Shown here piece by piece: positions 1 to 13,327 of a DNA stretch of 64,000 nucleotides. The notes below the pieces were generated by a model. It was not told the DNA's origin, ran no database searches, and worked only from the letters and a program-made list of their open reading frames with translations. The position numbers were made by a program, and so were the translations under genes. The DNA comes from Mobula hypostoma. Its lineage: Eukaryota. Each line of letters opens with the position of its first letter. Position 1 is the first letter of the stretch. Location of the stretch: the NCBI RefSeq assembly GCF_963921235.1, contig NC_086127.1, forward strand, positions 3,286,001 through 3,350,000. Direction: 5' to 3'.

Positions 1-3000
1 CAGTCCAACAGTACTACACCCACTTTGTCACACCACCATTTCTGCAACCAAAGCATTTCTCCACCAGTGTATTAACCTCTGTGTCACTCCAGCAGTCCTG
101 CTCCCATTGTGTCACTCCACTAGTACTACATATACGGTGTCACTCGCTCAGTACTATGCCTACTATGTTACACCACTACTCCATCCACTGTGTCAGTCTA
201 CATGTACAACACCCTGTCTGTCACTCCATCAGAAGATTACCCACTGTGTCACTTCACCAATACTAAATCCACGGTGTCACTTCACCCAGTCTAGAGACAC
301 CGTTACACTCTATCAGCACAACACTCACCGTGTCACTCCAGCAGTATATCACCCATTGTGTCAACCCACCACTACACCCACTTTGTGACTCCACTAACAC
401 TACACCCACTAGGTAATTCCATCAGTACTACACCCACCTTGTCACTCCACATTTTCTGCACCCACAGTGTCGCTCCTCCAGTACTACACCCAGTATGTCA
501 CTCCATTAGAACCACACTTACCGTGTCACTCCACTAGTACTACACTCAGCGTTTCACTCCACCAGTACTACACCCACTGTGTCACTCCAGAAGTACTACA
601 CCTTCTGTGTTATTTCACCAGTGTTACACCCACGGTGTCACTGCAGCTGTACATTGCCCTCTGTGTCAATCCACTATCCTGTGACTCCACCAGTACTACG
701 CCACTGTGTCACTCCACAAGAAGTTCACCCTCTGTGTCACTCCAATAGTACTACACCCACCGTCTCACTCCAACAGTACTACACCCACCGTCCCACTCCA
801 CCAGTACCAGAACCACGGTGTCACTCTATCAGAACTGCATCAAATGTGTCACACCACCAGTACTAAAAACGCTGTGTCTCAGAAGCAGTTCCACACCAAG
901 GGTGTCACTCCAGCAGTACTACACGCATCGTGTCAGTCCACCGGTACTACACACACTCTGTTACCCCATCAGTATTGTAACTGCCCTGTCACTCCAGCAG
1001 TAGAACACGCTCTGAGTCACCCAACCAGTACATGTCCCACCGTGTTAATTCACCACTACTACACCCACCGTGTGACTCCAACAACAGCACACCCACTCTG
1101 TAACAGCATCAGTACTGCACCTACTGTGTCACAGCACCAGTACTACACACAGAGAGTCACACCATCAGTACCAAAGCTACTGTGTGACACAAACAGTAAT
1201 ACACCCAAGGTGTCACGCCACCAGTTCTACACCTACTGTCTCACTCCACCAGGACTACACCCACTGCCTCACTCCACCAGTACTACACCCACTGCCTCAC
1301 TCCACCAGTACTACACACACGGTGTCACGCCACCAGTTCTACAGGTACTGTCTCACGCCACCAGTACTACACCCACTGCATCACGCCACCAGTACTACAC
1401 CCACTGCCTCACTCCACCAGTACTACACCCACTGCCTCACTCTACCAGTACTACACCCACTGCCTCACTCCACCAGTACTACACCCACGGTGTTCACGCC
1501 ACCAGTTCTACAGCTACTGTCTCACTCCACCAGTACTACACCAACTGCATCACGCCACCAGTACTACACCCACTGCATCACTCCACCAGTACTGCACCCA
1601 CTGTGTCACTACACCAGTACTACACCCACCGTGTCACTACGCTAGCACTTCACCCACAGTGTCACTCCACCGGTACTATTCTGCTGTGTCACTCCATCAG
1701 TTCCACACCTACCGTGTCACTCCACCATTACTTCACACACTGTGTCACTCCAACTGTACTACAGCCAATAAGTCACATCACCAGTTCTCCACAGACTGTG
1801 GCACGGCAGCAGTACTGCTCCGACTGTGTCACTCCAGCAGTTCAAGACCCGCTGAATCACTCTACCAGTACTACACCGACTGTGACACACATCCAGAACT
1901 ACACCCACAGTGTGTCTCCACCAGTATTACACACTGTGTCATCTACCAGTACATGACGCACTGTGTCATTCCGCCAGTACTACAACCACCGTGTCAATCC
2001 AACAGTACTGCACCCACCGTTTCACTCCATCAGAACAGCACCCACTGTGTCACTTCACCACTACTACACCATGTGACTCCAACAGTACTACACCCACAGT
2101 GTCACTCCAGCAGTACTTGACCCCCCCCACAGTGCCACTCCAGCAATACATGTCAATCGAGCAACACTACACCTACCGTGCGAATCCAGAAGCACTGCAC
2201 ACACCGTGACACTCCACCAGTACAATACCCACATCGTCACACCACCGTTTCTACACCCACTGTATCACCTCAACAGTACTACACCCATTGTGTCACATCA
2301 TTAATACCACACCCACAATGTCACTCTATCAGCACTACACCTACCCTTTCACTCCACCAGTACTACACCCACGGAGTCACTACACGAGTACTACACCCAC
2401 GGTGTCACTTCATCAGTACTACACTGGCCGTGTCACTCCACCAGTATTACTCCAACTGTACGCCACACACCGTGTCACTCTAGCAGTGCATCACCCACTG
2501 TGTCAATCCACCACTACTGCACCCAGCGTGTAACTCCCTCAGAACTACACACAGCGTGTCTCTCCACCAGAACTAGACCCACTGTGTCACTCCAGCAGTA
2601 CTAAACACATTGCGTCACTCCACCAGTACTACACCCACCGTGTCACTACACCAGAACTATCTTACTTTGTCTCTACATCAGTAGTACACTTACCGTGTCT
2701 CTTCAACTGTCCTCCACCCACTGTGTTCTCCACCAACCGGTCACGCCACCAGTACTACACCCACTGTATCACTCCACCAGTACATACACTCTCTGTCACT
2801 TCAGCAGTACTGCACCCACTCTGTCACTCGACCAGTACGACACACATTGTGCCACTTAATCTGTACATGACCCAATGTGCCACACCAACAGAACATTACC
2901 CACTCTGTCACTCCAGCAGTACTACTCCCGTTGTGTCACTCCACACGCACTACACGCACCGTCCGGCTCCACCTGTACTAAACCCACCGGTTCACTCCAA

Positions 3001-6000
3001 CAGTACGACACCCATTGTGTCACTACACCAGTACTACCCACTTTGTCACACCACCATTTCTGCAGCCACAGTATCACTCCGCCAGTAGACTAAGCTCAGT
3101 GTCACTCTCTCAGTATTACTCCCACTGTGTTACACCACTAATGCATCGACTGTATCACTGCACCTGTACAATACCCACTGTGTCACTCACTCCACCACTA
3201 CTACACCCGTTAGGTAATTCCATCAGTGCTACACCCACCTTGTCACTCCATACTTTCTCCACCAACTGTGTCACTCCTCCACCTCTAGATCCAGTATGCC
3301 ACTCCATCAGAACCACACTTACCGTGTCACTCCACCAGTATTACACACTGTATGTCACGCCACCAGTACTTCACCCACTGTGTCACTCCAACAGTACGAC
3401 ACCCACCGTTTCATTCCATCAGTACTACACCCTCTGTGTCATTCCAGCAGTACTACCGCGACAGTGTCACTTCACCAGTGTTACACCCACTGTGTCACTG
3501 CAGCGGTGTATCGCCCTCTGTGTCAATTCACCACCACTACACCGACCTGTGACTGCACCAGTACTATACCCACTACGTCACTCCAACAGCAGTACCAGTA
3601 CACCACTTTGTCACACCAATTTATACACCCACAGTATCACTCCATACGTACTACACCAACAGTATCACTCTACCAGTACATTGCCCTCTGTGTCACTCCG
3701 GCATCACAGCACCCACTGTGTCACACCACGACTGATATTTCCACTGTGTGACTCCACCATAACTAGACCAACTGGGTCACACCACCAGCACAACACGCAT
3801 TGTGTCACACCACCAGTTGTAACCCCACCCGTATAACTTCACCTGTAGCAGTCCCACTGTGTCACTCCACCAGTACGACAGACATTGAGTCACTCCACCA
3901 GTACATTACTCACTGTGTCACTCCACCAGTGCTACTACCCTTGTGTCAGTCCACCCGGACTACACAAACCGTGTTAGTGCACCAGTACTCCACCCACCGC
4001 GTCACTCCAACAGTACCACACCCAGAGTGTCACTACACCAGAACATGCCCCACCCACAGTGTCACTCCAGCAATACAGGTCAATCAAGCAACACTGCATC
4101 TGCCGTACGAATCCAGAAGCACCGCACACACCGTGACACTCCACCAGTACAATACCCAGATTGTCACACCACCGTTTCTACACCCACTGTATCACCTCAA
4201 CAATACTACACCCACTGTGTCACATCATTTGCACCACACCCACTATGTCACGCCATTAGTATTACACACATTGTGTCACTCCAGCAGTACTACTCCCCTT
4301 ACATCACTCCACCCGGACTACACGCAACGTCTAACTCCACCAGTAGCAAACCCATCGTTTCACTCCACCACTACTACACTCACTGTGTACTCCACCAATA
4401 CTACACCCATCGTGCACGCCACCAATAGTACTCCCACTGTATCACTCCACCAATACATTACCCTTTATATCACTGCAGCAATACTACACCCATCGTGTCA
4501 CTCCACCAGTACTACTCCCACTGTATCACTCCACCAGTACATGCTCTCTATATCACTCCAGCAGTACTACACACATTGTGTCACTCTACCAGTAATAGAT
4601 GAACCGTGTCACTCCACCAGTACTACACAGACCGTGTCAATCCACCAGAACAACACCCACCATATCACTCCAACAGTACTACACCCACAGACCGCTCCAC
4701 CAGTACTACACCCACCGTGTCACTCCACATTTTCTACACCCACTGTGTCGCTCCTCCAGTACGGCACAGAGTATGTCAGTCTATTAGGACCACACTTACC
4801 GTGTCGCCCCACCGGTCCTTCACCCACTGTGTCACTGCAACAATACTACACCCAGCGTTTCAATCCATCAGCACTACACCCAATGTGTCACACCAGCGGT
4901 ACATGATCCACTGTGTCAATCCACCACAACTACACCCACCTTGTGACTGCACCAGTGCTACACCCACCGTGCACTCCTCCAGTTCTGCACACACTTTGTT
5001 ACACCACCATTTCTACACCCACTTTATCACTGCACAACACCCACAGTATCACTCCAACAGTATTACACCCTCTGTGTCATTCCAGCTGTTTCGCACACAC
5101 CGTGTCACTCCAGCAGTACTTCACCTACCGTGTCTCTCCACCAGTCGTACACTCCCTGTGTGACACCTCCACTGAGGCTTCCACTGTGTCACTCCACCAT
5201 AACTAACCCCACTTCGTCACTCCACCGGTACGACACACATTGTGTCATTCCACCAGTATTCCAACCACTGTGTCACTCCATCATTATTACACCAAACGTT
5301 TCACGCCACCTGTACATTACCCTCTGTGTCATTCCAGCAGTACTACACCCACTCTGTCACTCCGCCGGTACTGCACCCACATGTGATTCCACCAGTGCTA
5401 CTTTACTTTGTCACTCCACCAGCAATAGACACGCTCTGTCACTCCATCAATACTACACCATTGATTCAATCCACCAGTACGACCCACACTGTGTCACTGC
5501 ACCAGTATTACTCCCACTCTGTCACTCCACTTTGACACTCCACTCGTACAACACCCACTGTGTCACTGCATCTGTACACGATCCACAGTGTCCCTCGCCA
5601 ATACTACACCCGCTGTATCTCTCCTCCAGTACTACACCCACCGTGTCACTACAGCAGTACTACACTCACTGTGTCACAACACCAATACTGCACCCGCTTT
5701 TTCACACCACCATTTGCACACACAATGTGTCACTCCAGCTGTGCTGCACACTTTGATTCAATCAACTAGTACTACACCCACCGTTGTACTCCACCAGTAC
5801 TACACCCACCCTATTACTCCATCAGTACTACACCCTCTATATCACTCCATCATTACATCACCCACCGTGTCACTCCAACAGTGCAACACGCACGATATTT
5901 TTCCACCACCGTGTCACACCACAATTTCTACACCCACTGTGTCACTCCTCCAGTACTACACCCATTGTGTCACCTCATGAATCCTACACTCACGGTTTCA

Positions 6001-6900
6001 CACCACCACTGCTACAACAACCGTGTCATACTACCAGTACCGCACCTACTGTATCACACCACCAGTAAAACGCCCACTGTACCACTCCATCAGTACACCG
6101 ACAGTTTCACACCACCAGTACTACACCCACTGTGTCAATCCACCAATCCTAAACCCACTATGTCACACCTGCAATAATACACCGACTGTGTCATTCTATC
6201 AATACCACACCCACAGTGTCACTCCACCAGTACGACACCCACTATTTCGCTCTATCAGTACTACACCCACCGTTTCACTCCACCAGTACTTCACACATTG
6301 TGTCACTCCACCAGTTCTACAGCCACTGTGTCACTTCACCAGAACTACGCCCACTGTGTCATTCCATCAACACTACACCGACCTTTTCAGTACAGCAGTA
6401 CTACACCCACTGTCACCCCAACAGTACAACACCCACTATGTCACACCACCAGGACGACAGCCACAATGTCACTCCACCGGTACCTCACCCACTATGTCAG
6501 TCCATCAGTACCACACCTACCGTGTCACTCCACCATTACTTCACACACAGTGTCACTCCAACTGTACTGCAGCCACTGAGTCACATCACCAGTACTACAC
6601 AGACTGTGTCACTCCAGCAGTTGAAGACCCGCTGTATCACTCTACCAGTAGCACATCCACTGTGACACACCACCAAAATTGCACCTACAGTGTGACTCCA
6701 CCAGTACTACACTCACCATTTCACTCGACCAGTACTTCACACACTGTGTCATTTCATCACCGCTACTCCCAACGTTTCAGTCCTCCAGTACTACACAGGC
6801 AGTGTTATACCAACAGTACTACAGCCACAATGTCACTCCAGCAGTACCACACCTGTGTCACTCCACCAGAACTACACCCACTGTGTCACCCCATCGATTC

Positions 6901-7411
6901 TACACCCACTGTGACACTACACCAGTACTACACCCAGCGAGCCACTCCAGCAGTAAATGACCCGCTGTATCAATAATACACCACTAATACTCCAGTACTA
7001 CACCAACCGTGTGACTCCACCTGTATATCACACACTGTGTCACTCTACCAGTACTACAGCTACTGCGACACTCCACCAATATAACGCCCACTGTCACTCC
7101 AACAGTACATTACCCACTGTGTCACTCCACCAGATTTACATCCACCTGTGTCACTCCACCAGAACTACACCCACTGTGACACTACACCGGTACTACACCC
7201 AGCGAGCCACTCCAGCAGTAAATGACCCGCTGTGTCAATAATACACCACTAATACTCCAGTACTACACCAACCGTGTGACTCCACCTGTATATCACACAC
7301 TGTGTCGCTCTACCAGTACTACAGCTACTGCGACACTCCACCAATATAACGCCCACTGTCACTCCAACAGTACATTACCCACTGTGTCACTCCACCAGAT
7401 TTACATCCACC
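6901..7411 (+). repeat. Recent 265-bp tandem duplication within the 28-bp satellite
   Basis: 6901-7146 is nearly identical to 7166-7411; ORFs 6957 and 7222 (offset 265) translate almost identically. Confidence 0.9.
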
Positions 7412-7809
7412 GAGTCACTTCACCAGAACTACACCCACTGAGTCACCCCGTCGATTCTACACCCACTGTGTCACTCCGACAGTACTACAAACACAGTGTC
7501 ACTCCACCAGTACCACACCTACGGTGTCATTCCACCAGCAGTTCAATCACTTTGTCACTGCACCAGTACTACACTGACTGTGTCACTCCAGCAATACATG
7601 ACTCTGTCAGTACTGCACCCACTGTGACACACCACCAGAACTACACCCACAGGTTGACTCCACCAGTACTACAACCACCGCTTCACGACACCAGTAGAAC
7701 ACTCACAGTTTCAAACCACCAATACTATAACACTGAGTCACTCCACCACTACTACAATCAGAGTGTCACTCCATCAGTACTACACGCATCACTTCACGTC
7801 ACCAGTACA

Positions 7810-8248
7810 AGAGCTGCAGCTGTTTGCATGCGACCGCAGACATACCCCGGGCAATGCCTTCGACAAGCCGAATAAACCATGTGAGGGTAGCCGACGGCTC
7901 TCAAACCCTCGGTGAGATAGGGAGTTGTCAATCCTAGCATGTGAAGACAGACTCCGGCGGATTGAGCGGACGAGAATAAGGGAAGGTCCAACGGTCAAGA
8001 AGGCGGTCTCTGCAAGCTCTGTAGAACGTGTAGAGTACGACAAGAAACAGAAGTTGTCCTGGTCTTCCACTGCGCCTAGTCCCATCTCCAGCCGTCTGGA
8101 CTCTGTCTTGCCACTGGATCCAGATGGGAATTGGGAAGCGAGAGTGAGGATGACGCAGCGCAGCTCTCCCTCACTTAAATCCAAATCAAGTGGTAGTCCT
8201 GAACATCATTATCATGGTGTCGCCGTCTTCATCGACGTCAACAGGACC
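7810..8248 (+). mobile_element. RTE-clade-related non-autonomous element inserted in the satellite
   Basis: Non-satellite island with no RT ORF; motifs such as GGGTAGCCGA..CTCAAACCCTCGGTGAG, AGCATGTGAAGAC, TCTTGCCACTGGA and CTCACTTAAATCCAA resemble, from recall, non-coding parts of vertebrate RTE-type elements. Not database-verified. Confidence 0.65.
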
Positions 8249-8515
8249 CACGGTGTCATTCCACCAGTACTGCACCCACCGTGTCATTCCACCAGTACGG
8301 CACCCACTTACTCACACCACTATTTCAACACCCTTGTGTCACTCCAACGGCACCAGAGCCACTGTGTCACTACGTCACGTACTACACCCACTGTGTCATT
8401 CCATCAGTACTGCCCCCGCCTCGTCACTCCAACAGTACTACACCCACTCTGATATTCCACCAGTACTAGAGTCACCTTGTCACTCCAACAGCACTACAGT
8501 AGAAGGAGGTGGAAC

Positions 8516-9042
8516 TATTTTCAACTCCGTTTCACATTCACATTCGGATATGTCCATACATGGTACATGACCTCCAATACTACCATGATGAGTCCAAACT
8601 CAGGTTGGAGGAGCAACACCACATATACCGTCTGGGTGGTCTCCAGCCCCTTGACATGAAAATTGAATTCTCCAACTTACGGTAATTTCCTCCCCCTCCC
8701 TTCCCCCATCCTAGATTCTCTCTGCCCCCTACTCCAGCTGCCTATCACCTCCCTCATGGTTCCGCCTCCTTCTACTACCCATTGTGTTTTCCCCTATTCC
8801 TTCTTCACCATTCCTGCCTATCCCCTCCCTGCTTCCCCTCCCCTGCCTCTTTATCTTTCCCTTTACTGGTTTTTCACCTGGAACCTACCAACCTTCTCCC
8901 TCCCACCCTCCCCCCACCTTCTTTATAGGGTCTCTGCCCCTTCCCTTCCCCTGACGAAGGGTTCCGGCCCGAAACGTTGACTCATCGTTTCCACGGATGC
9001 TGCCCGACCTGCTGTGTTCCTCCAGCGTGTTGTGCGTGTTGC
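8516..9042 (+). mobile_element. Penelope-like element 3' fragment (GIY-YIG C-terminus, pyrimidine-rich UTR, terminal repeat)
   Basis: Translates FNSVSHSHSDMSIHG then, after a frameshift at a TACATG duplication, YHDESKLRLEEQHHIYRLGGLQPLDMKIEFSNLR* (stop 8683-8685), typical of the end of vertebrate PLE ORFs; followed by a C/T-rich tract and a hammerhead-bearing terminal repeat. Confidence 0.85.
8946..8984 (+). ncRNA. Minimal type I hammerhead ribozyme motif, degenerate
   Basis: CTGACGA (8951-8957), stem II GGGT-TCCG-GCCC, GAAA (8971-8974), then CGTT-GACT; the 5' strand of stem I (TTCCC instead of AGTC) and the cleavage triplet (GTT) are mutated. Confidence 0.7.
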
Positions 9043-12000
9043 CGATGGTGAGATATGGTTAGGATTAGCACTGATGGAGGACTTAAACACTGTGGCGTAG
9101 TAATGATGGATAAAGTCATTGAGGGGTAATATTTGATGCTGTGACATGCTTACTGGCAATACACATAGAATTAGACATTTTGGGGTAAAACAGATGAGGT
9201 GACGTCCAGTATGGTCCTCCGGATGGAATGTTCGACGGAGTGCTGCTAATAACGGAGGGAAATTCGTAAAAGAACACTGAGGAGTAGTAGCAAGCATGAG
9301 ACAAACTCAGGGGAAGCAGTAATGGAAGAACAGATGAAGTAATAATGGAGGGTAGCACTGATGGAGTGCAGACTGTGGGGTAGAACCGATGGAGTGATAC
9401 ACAGTGAAACATTACTGATGGAGATAGGCAGTGAGTGGTCTTACAGATAATGTGACGACCCTGAGGGTAGGTATGATGGAGAGACACAGTGATGGGTAGT
9501 ACTAATGGAGTTACACAACGAAGCTTAGTAATGCAGGTAATGGGGGTATGGAGGGAAGGCTGGTGCATGGTTCTGTGTTGGATGATCAGCCATGATCATA
9601 ATAAATGGCGGTGCAGGCTCGAAGGGCCGAATGGCCTACTCCTGCACCTATTTTCTATGTTTCTATGTTTCGATGATGGATAAAAGTAGCGAGTGGTCCT
9701 CGTGAAGGAGTGATGCACTCAGGGTCGTATATGATGGAGTGAAACAGTGCGCATAGGGCCGAAGGAGAAACACTCTGACGGGTAGCCCGAATGGAATTAT
9801 ACACTTTGGGGCAAATGACGTAGAGGGTAGGCCTGAAGGTGTGACATAGTGCGCAGGAGAATTGTTGAAGTACAGTGAAAGGTAGGACCGATAGAGTGGC
9901 AAACTGCAGGCTTTTAAGTCTGCAGAGGCGCAATGGGAGCAGACCTGCTTGTGTAACATAACTTGTGGGAGTACTTACGGGGTGAGGTGGAGCACTGATA
10001 GAGCCACAAATCGCAGAGTAATAATGCTGCAGCGGGAGTACTTGCACACTGAGCGGGTAGTAATAATCGAAAAAAAAACACTGAGGCGTGGTGCTGATGG
10101 AGTGACACGCTGTGAGTCAATAATGATGTAGAGAACAAAAGACCGGTAGTACAAATGCAGTCGCACACTGAATGGACAGGCACGGTTATGTATAGCATGC
10201 ACGGGTGTGATACTGATGGAATTATATATATATAGGGGGATAATCTATAGAATGAAACACAGTGGACACATTAAGACTGAGTCATACGCAGAGAGGTAGC
10301 ATAAATGCAGGGACATGAGTGTTCCACTGTGATGCAATACTGACGGAGATACACAATGAGTGATCGCACAGAAGTGACAACCTTGGGGGTAGGAATGATG
10401 GAGAGACACAGTGAGGGATAGTACAAAAGGAGTTAAACAACGAAGGGTAGTAATAATGGTTAAAATAGTGAGTGGTCGTCGTGAAGGAGCGATACCCAGC
10501 GGGGAAGCGCTGATCGCGTGATGCTGTGAGGTGTAATGCTGCTGGAATGAGGGGTAGTGAGGAAGGAGTGAGACACTGAGGGGTGTTAGTGATGGAGTGA
10601 CACACTAAGGGGTAGTAAGAATTCAAAGCCATAGGGAGGGTCTGGTATTGGTGGGGTGACATACTGAGGGGAAGTCTTAATGGAGAAACACAGTGTGACA
10701 TAGTACTGGTGGGACAACACAAGGCGAACTCGTACCGCCGAGATTATAGTTGATAGAGAGACTTGCGGTGGATTCACGCAAGCGGAGTGATAAACAGTAC
10801 TAATGCAGGGACACTTTCAGGAGAAGGACTACTGCTGTGATATGTGATATGTGATGGAGAATAGCTAATGTAGCTGTGAGAGTGAGAGGTATACTGTATG
10901 AGTGAGATGCATTGTACTGTAGAAGTGCCCCGCTGTGCAGGGGTACGAATGGGGTCATGCACTGAGTGGCAACTCTGACAGAGTGACAAACTGCGTATTG
11001 GCAATAATGGAGAGACCCAGACAGGAGTTGTGCGCACGGCGTTACACACTGACCGGTTGCAATGATGGAGCAACCGATTGATGGGTAGTAATGATGTTGT
11101 GGTAGTAATCAGTCAGGGGTCGTATTGAAGGAGTGACACTCTTGGGGTCAACCACGATGGAGAGAGAAAGTGAGGGGTGATATGGACTGAGTGATACGCT
11201 CGGGGTATTAACGATGGAGAGATAGAGAAACAGTGAGGGGTAATATTGATAGAGTGACCTGCTCAGGGTCAGTAGAGATGGAGAGAGCCAGTGAGGGGAG
11301 TACATCACTACAGTTGTCCCTTTAGTGTGCATGTTGCTGTATTAGCACTGCCGCTGTGCACGAATCCGGCTGCACAAATTTATCGTGCAGCACTCCGCCA
11401 GATGTCACTCTACAATATATGTATAATTACATCAGTACTACCCCGAAGTATTTCGTTCATCAGTTCAACACCTCACCGTGTTTCTTAAATACGACTACCC
11501 TTCAGTGACTTCACTAATGAACTGCTATCCAGTGGATTCATCCAGGCAGAGTGACACGCAATGAGATAGTGTGAATGCCGGGATATATTCGCCATTATCC
11601 CGCGGTCTGTTTGCATGATGCAGTGGGGAAGAGCCGATGGCGAGACGTGGTTAGTGCTAGTACTGATTGAGGAATTAAACACTAGGGCATCGTAACGCGA
11701 AAATCATTGAGGGGTAATCTTTGATACAGTGACATGCTGAAAGGCAGTAGATATAGAATGAGACAGCTCGGGGTAAAACGGATCAGGTGATGCCCTGTAT
11801 GGCCTTCCGGATGGAATGATCGACGGAATGGTGCTAATAAAGGAAGGAAATATATAAAAGGACGCAGATGGGAAGTAGTAACCATGTGATATACCCAGGA
11901 GTAGCAATAATAGAAGAACAGGAGGAATAATACAGCCAGAAGTAATAACGGAGGATAACATTGGTGGGGTCCCCACTGAACGGTGGTAGCGATGGACTGA

Positions 12001-13325
12001 TGTACTGTGAGGTAACACTGATGTAGATACTCAGTGAGTGGTCGCACAGACAATCTGCGGGGTAGGAATGATGGAGAGATACAGTGAGGAATAGTAATCA
12101 TTGAGTTACACAATGATGATTTGTTATGGTGGTTTTAAATAGTGAATGGTCGTCGTGAAGGAGCGATACCCAGCGGGGAAGCGCTGATCGCGTGATGCTG
12201 TGAGGTGTAATGCTGCTGGAATGAGGGGTAGTGAGGAAGGAGTGAGACACTGAGGGGTGTTAGTGATGGAGTGACACACTAAGGGGTAGTAGGAAACCAA
12301 AGCCATATGGACGGTCTGTATTGGTTCGGTGATATACTGAGGGGAAGTCTCAATGCAGAAGCAGAAGTGTGACATAGTACTGGTGGGACAACACAAGGCG
12401 AACTAGTACCGCCGAGATTATAGTTGATGGAGAGACACGCGGTGGATTCACCCAGACGGAGTGATAAACAGTACTAATACAGGGACACTTTCAGGAGAAG
12501 GACTACTGCTGTGATATGTGATACATGATTGGAAATAGCTAATGTAATTGTGAGAGTGAGAGGTATACTGTATGAGTGAGATATATTGTACTGTTGAAGT
12601 GGCGCGCTGTGCAGGGGTACGAATGGGCTCTTGCACTGAGGGGAAACTCTGACAGAGTGAGAAACTGCGGAGTAGCAATAATGGAGAGACCCAGACAACG
12701 GTAGTGCGGAAGGCGTTACACACTGACGGGTTGCAATGATGCAGCCACCGATTGAGGGGTAGTAATGATGTAGGGGTAGTAATTGGTGAGGGTTAGTACT
12801 GTGGGAGTGACGCTCTCGGGGTCAGCAACGATGGAGAGAGAAAGTGAGGCGTGATATGCACTGAGTGATACGCTCGGGGTTATTAACGATGGAGAGATAG
12901 GGAAACAGTGAGGGATAACATTGATGGAGTGACCTGCTCAGGGTCAGTAGTGATGGAGAGAGCCAGTGACGGGAGTACATCACTTTAGTGTGTATGTTGC
13001 TGAATTAGCACTACCGCTGTGCACGAATCAGTCTGCACAAATTTACCGTGCAGCACACCGCCAGATGTCACTCTGCAATAGATGTATATTTACATCAATA
13101 CTACCCCCAAGTGTTTCGTTCATCAGTACTACACCTCCCCGTGTTTCTGAAATACTACTCCCAGCAGTGTGTTCCTCCATTAATATTACCCCTCGCTCTA
13201 TCTCTCCATTCTTACTACCCTCCGTGTGTCTCTCCATCAGTGCCACCCCTCAGTTTGTCTCTGAGTGATTACTGTTCTTCAATATGCAGTCCATCAGTGC
13301 TACCGCTCCATGACTCTTCTCCCCG
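9043..13325 (-). repeat. Degenerate relative of the 28-bp satellite, mostly inverted, with kb-scale internal duplications
   Basis: Monomers such as GAGGGGTAGTAATGATGGAGAGACACAGT are reverse complements of the left array; + orientation returns at ~11395-11560 and ~13055-13325; ~9040-9450 matches ~11630-12060 and ~10460-11480 matches ~12135-13150. Confidence 0.85.
9538..9672 (+). mobile_element. CR1 LINE extreme 3' end
   Basis: GATCAGCCATGATCATA..GGCTCGAAGGGCCGAATGGCCTACTCCTGCACCTATT followed by a (TTCTATGT)n octamer tail. Confidence 0.85.
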
Positions 13326-13327
13326 TT

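Larger units (their letters stand above)
1..8500 (+). repeat. 28-bp satellite, consensus ~CCACTGTGTCACTCCACCAGTACTACAC (C/A-rich strand on +)
   Basis: Near-perfect 28-bp monomers at 1261-1500 (CCACTGCCTCACTCCACCAGTACTACAC at 1261 and 1289); degenerate monomers throughout; larger blocks recur (e.g. ~11 vs ~3031, ~2176 vs ~4103, ~1660 vs ~6470). Confidence 0.95.

Noticed and set aside
81-7875. Long Thr/His/Pro-rich mucin-like ORFs (e.g. 706-1956, 416 aa)
   Set aside because: Translations of a stop-poor 28-bp satellite; the period is not a multiple of 3, so the same peptide cycles through all frames; no gene structure.
7860-7960. HDV-like ribozyme in the RTE-related element
   Set aside because: Only 16 nt lie between the candidate P1 strands, too few for P2/P3/L3; no convincing J4/2.
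1-8500. CRISPR-like 28-bp repeats
   Set aside because: Monomers are head-to-tail with no unique spacers, there are no cas genes, and the context is vertebrate.
1-13325. V(D)J RSS array (each monomer has CACTGTG/CACAGTG and 28 bp equals the length of a 12-RSS)
   Set aside because: The nonamer position reads GTGGAGTGA rather than ACAAAAACC, and there are no V, D or J segments.
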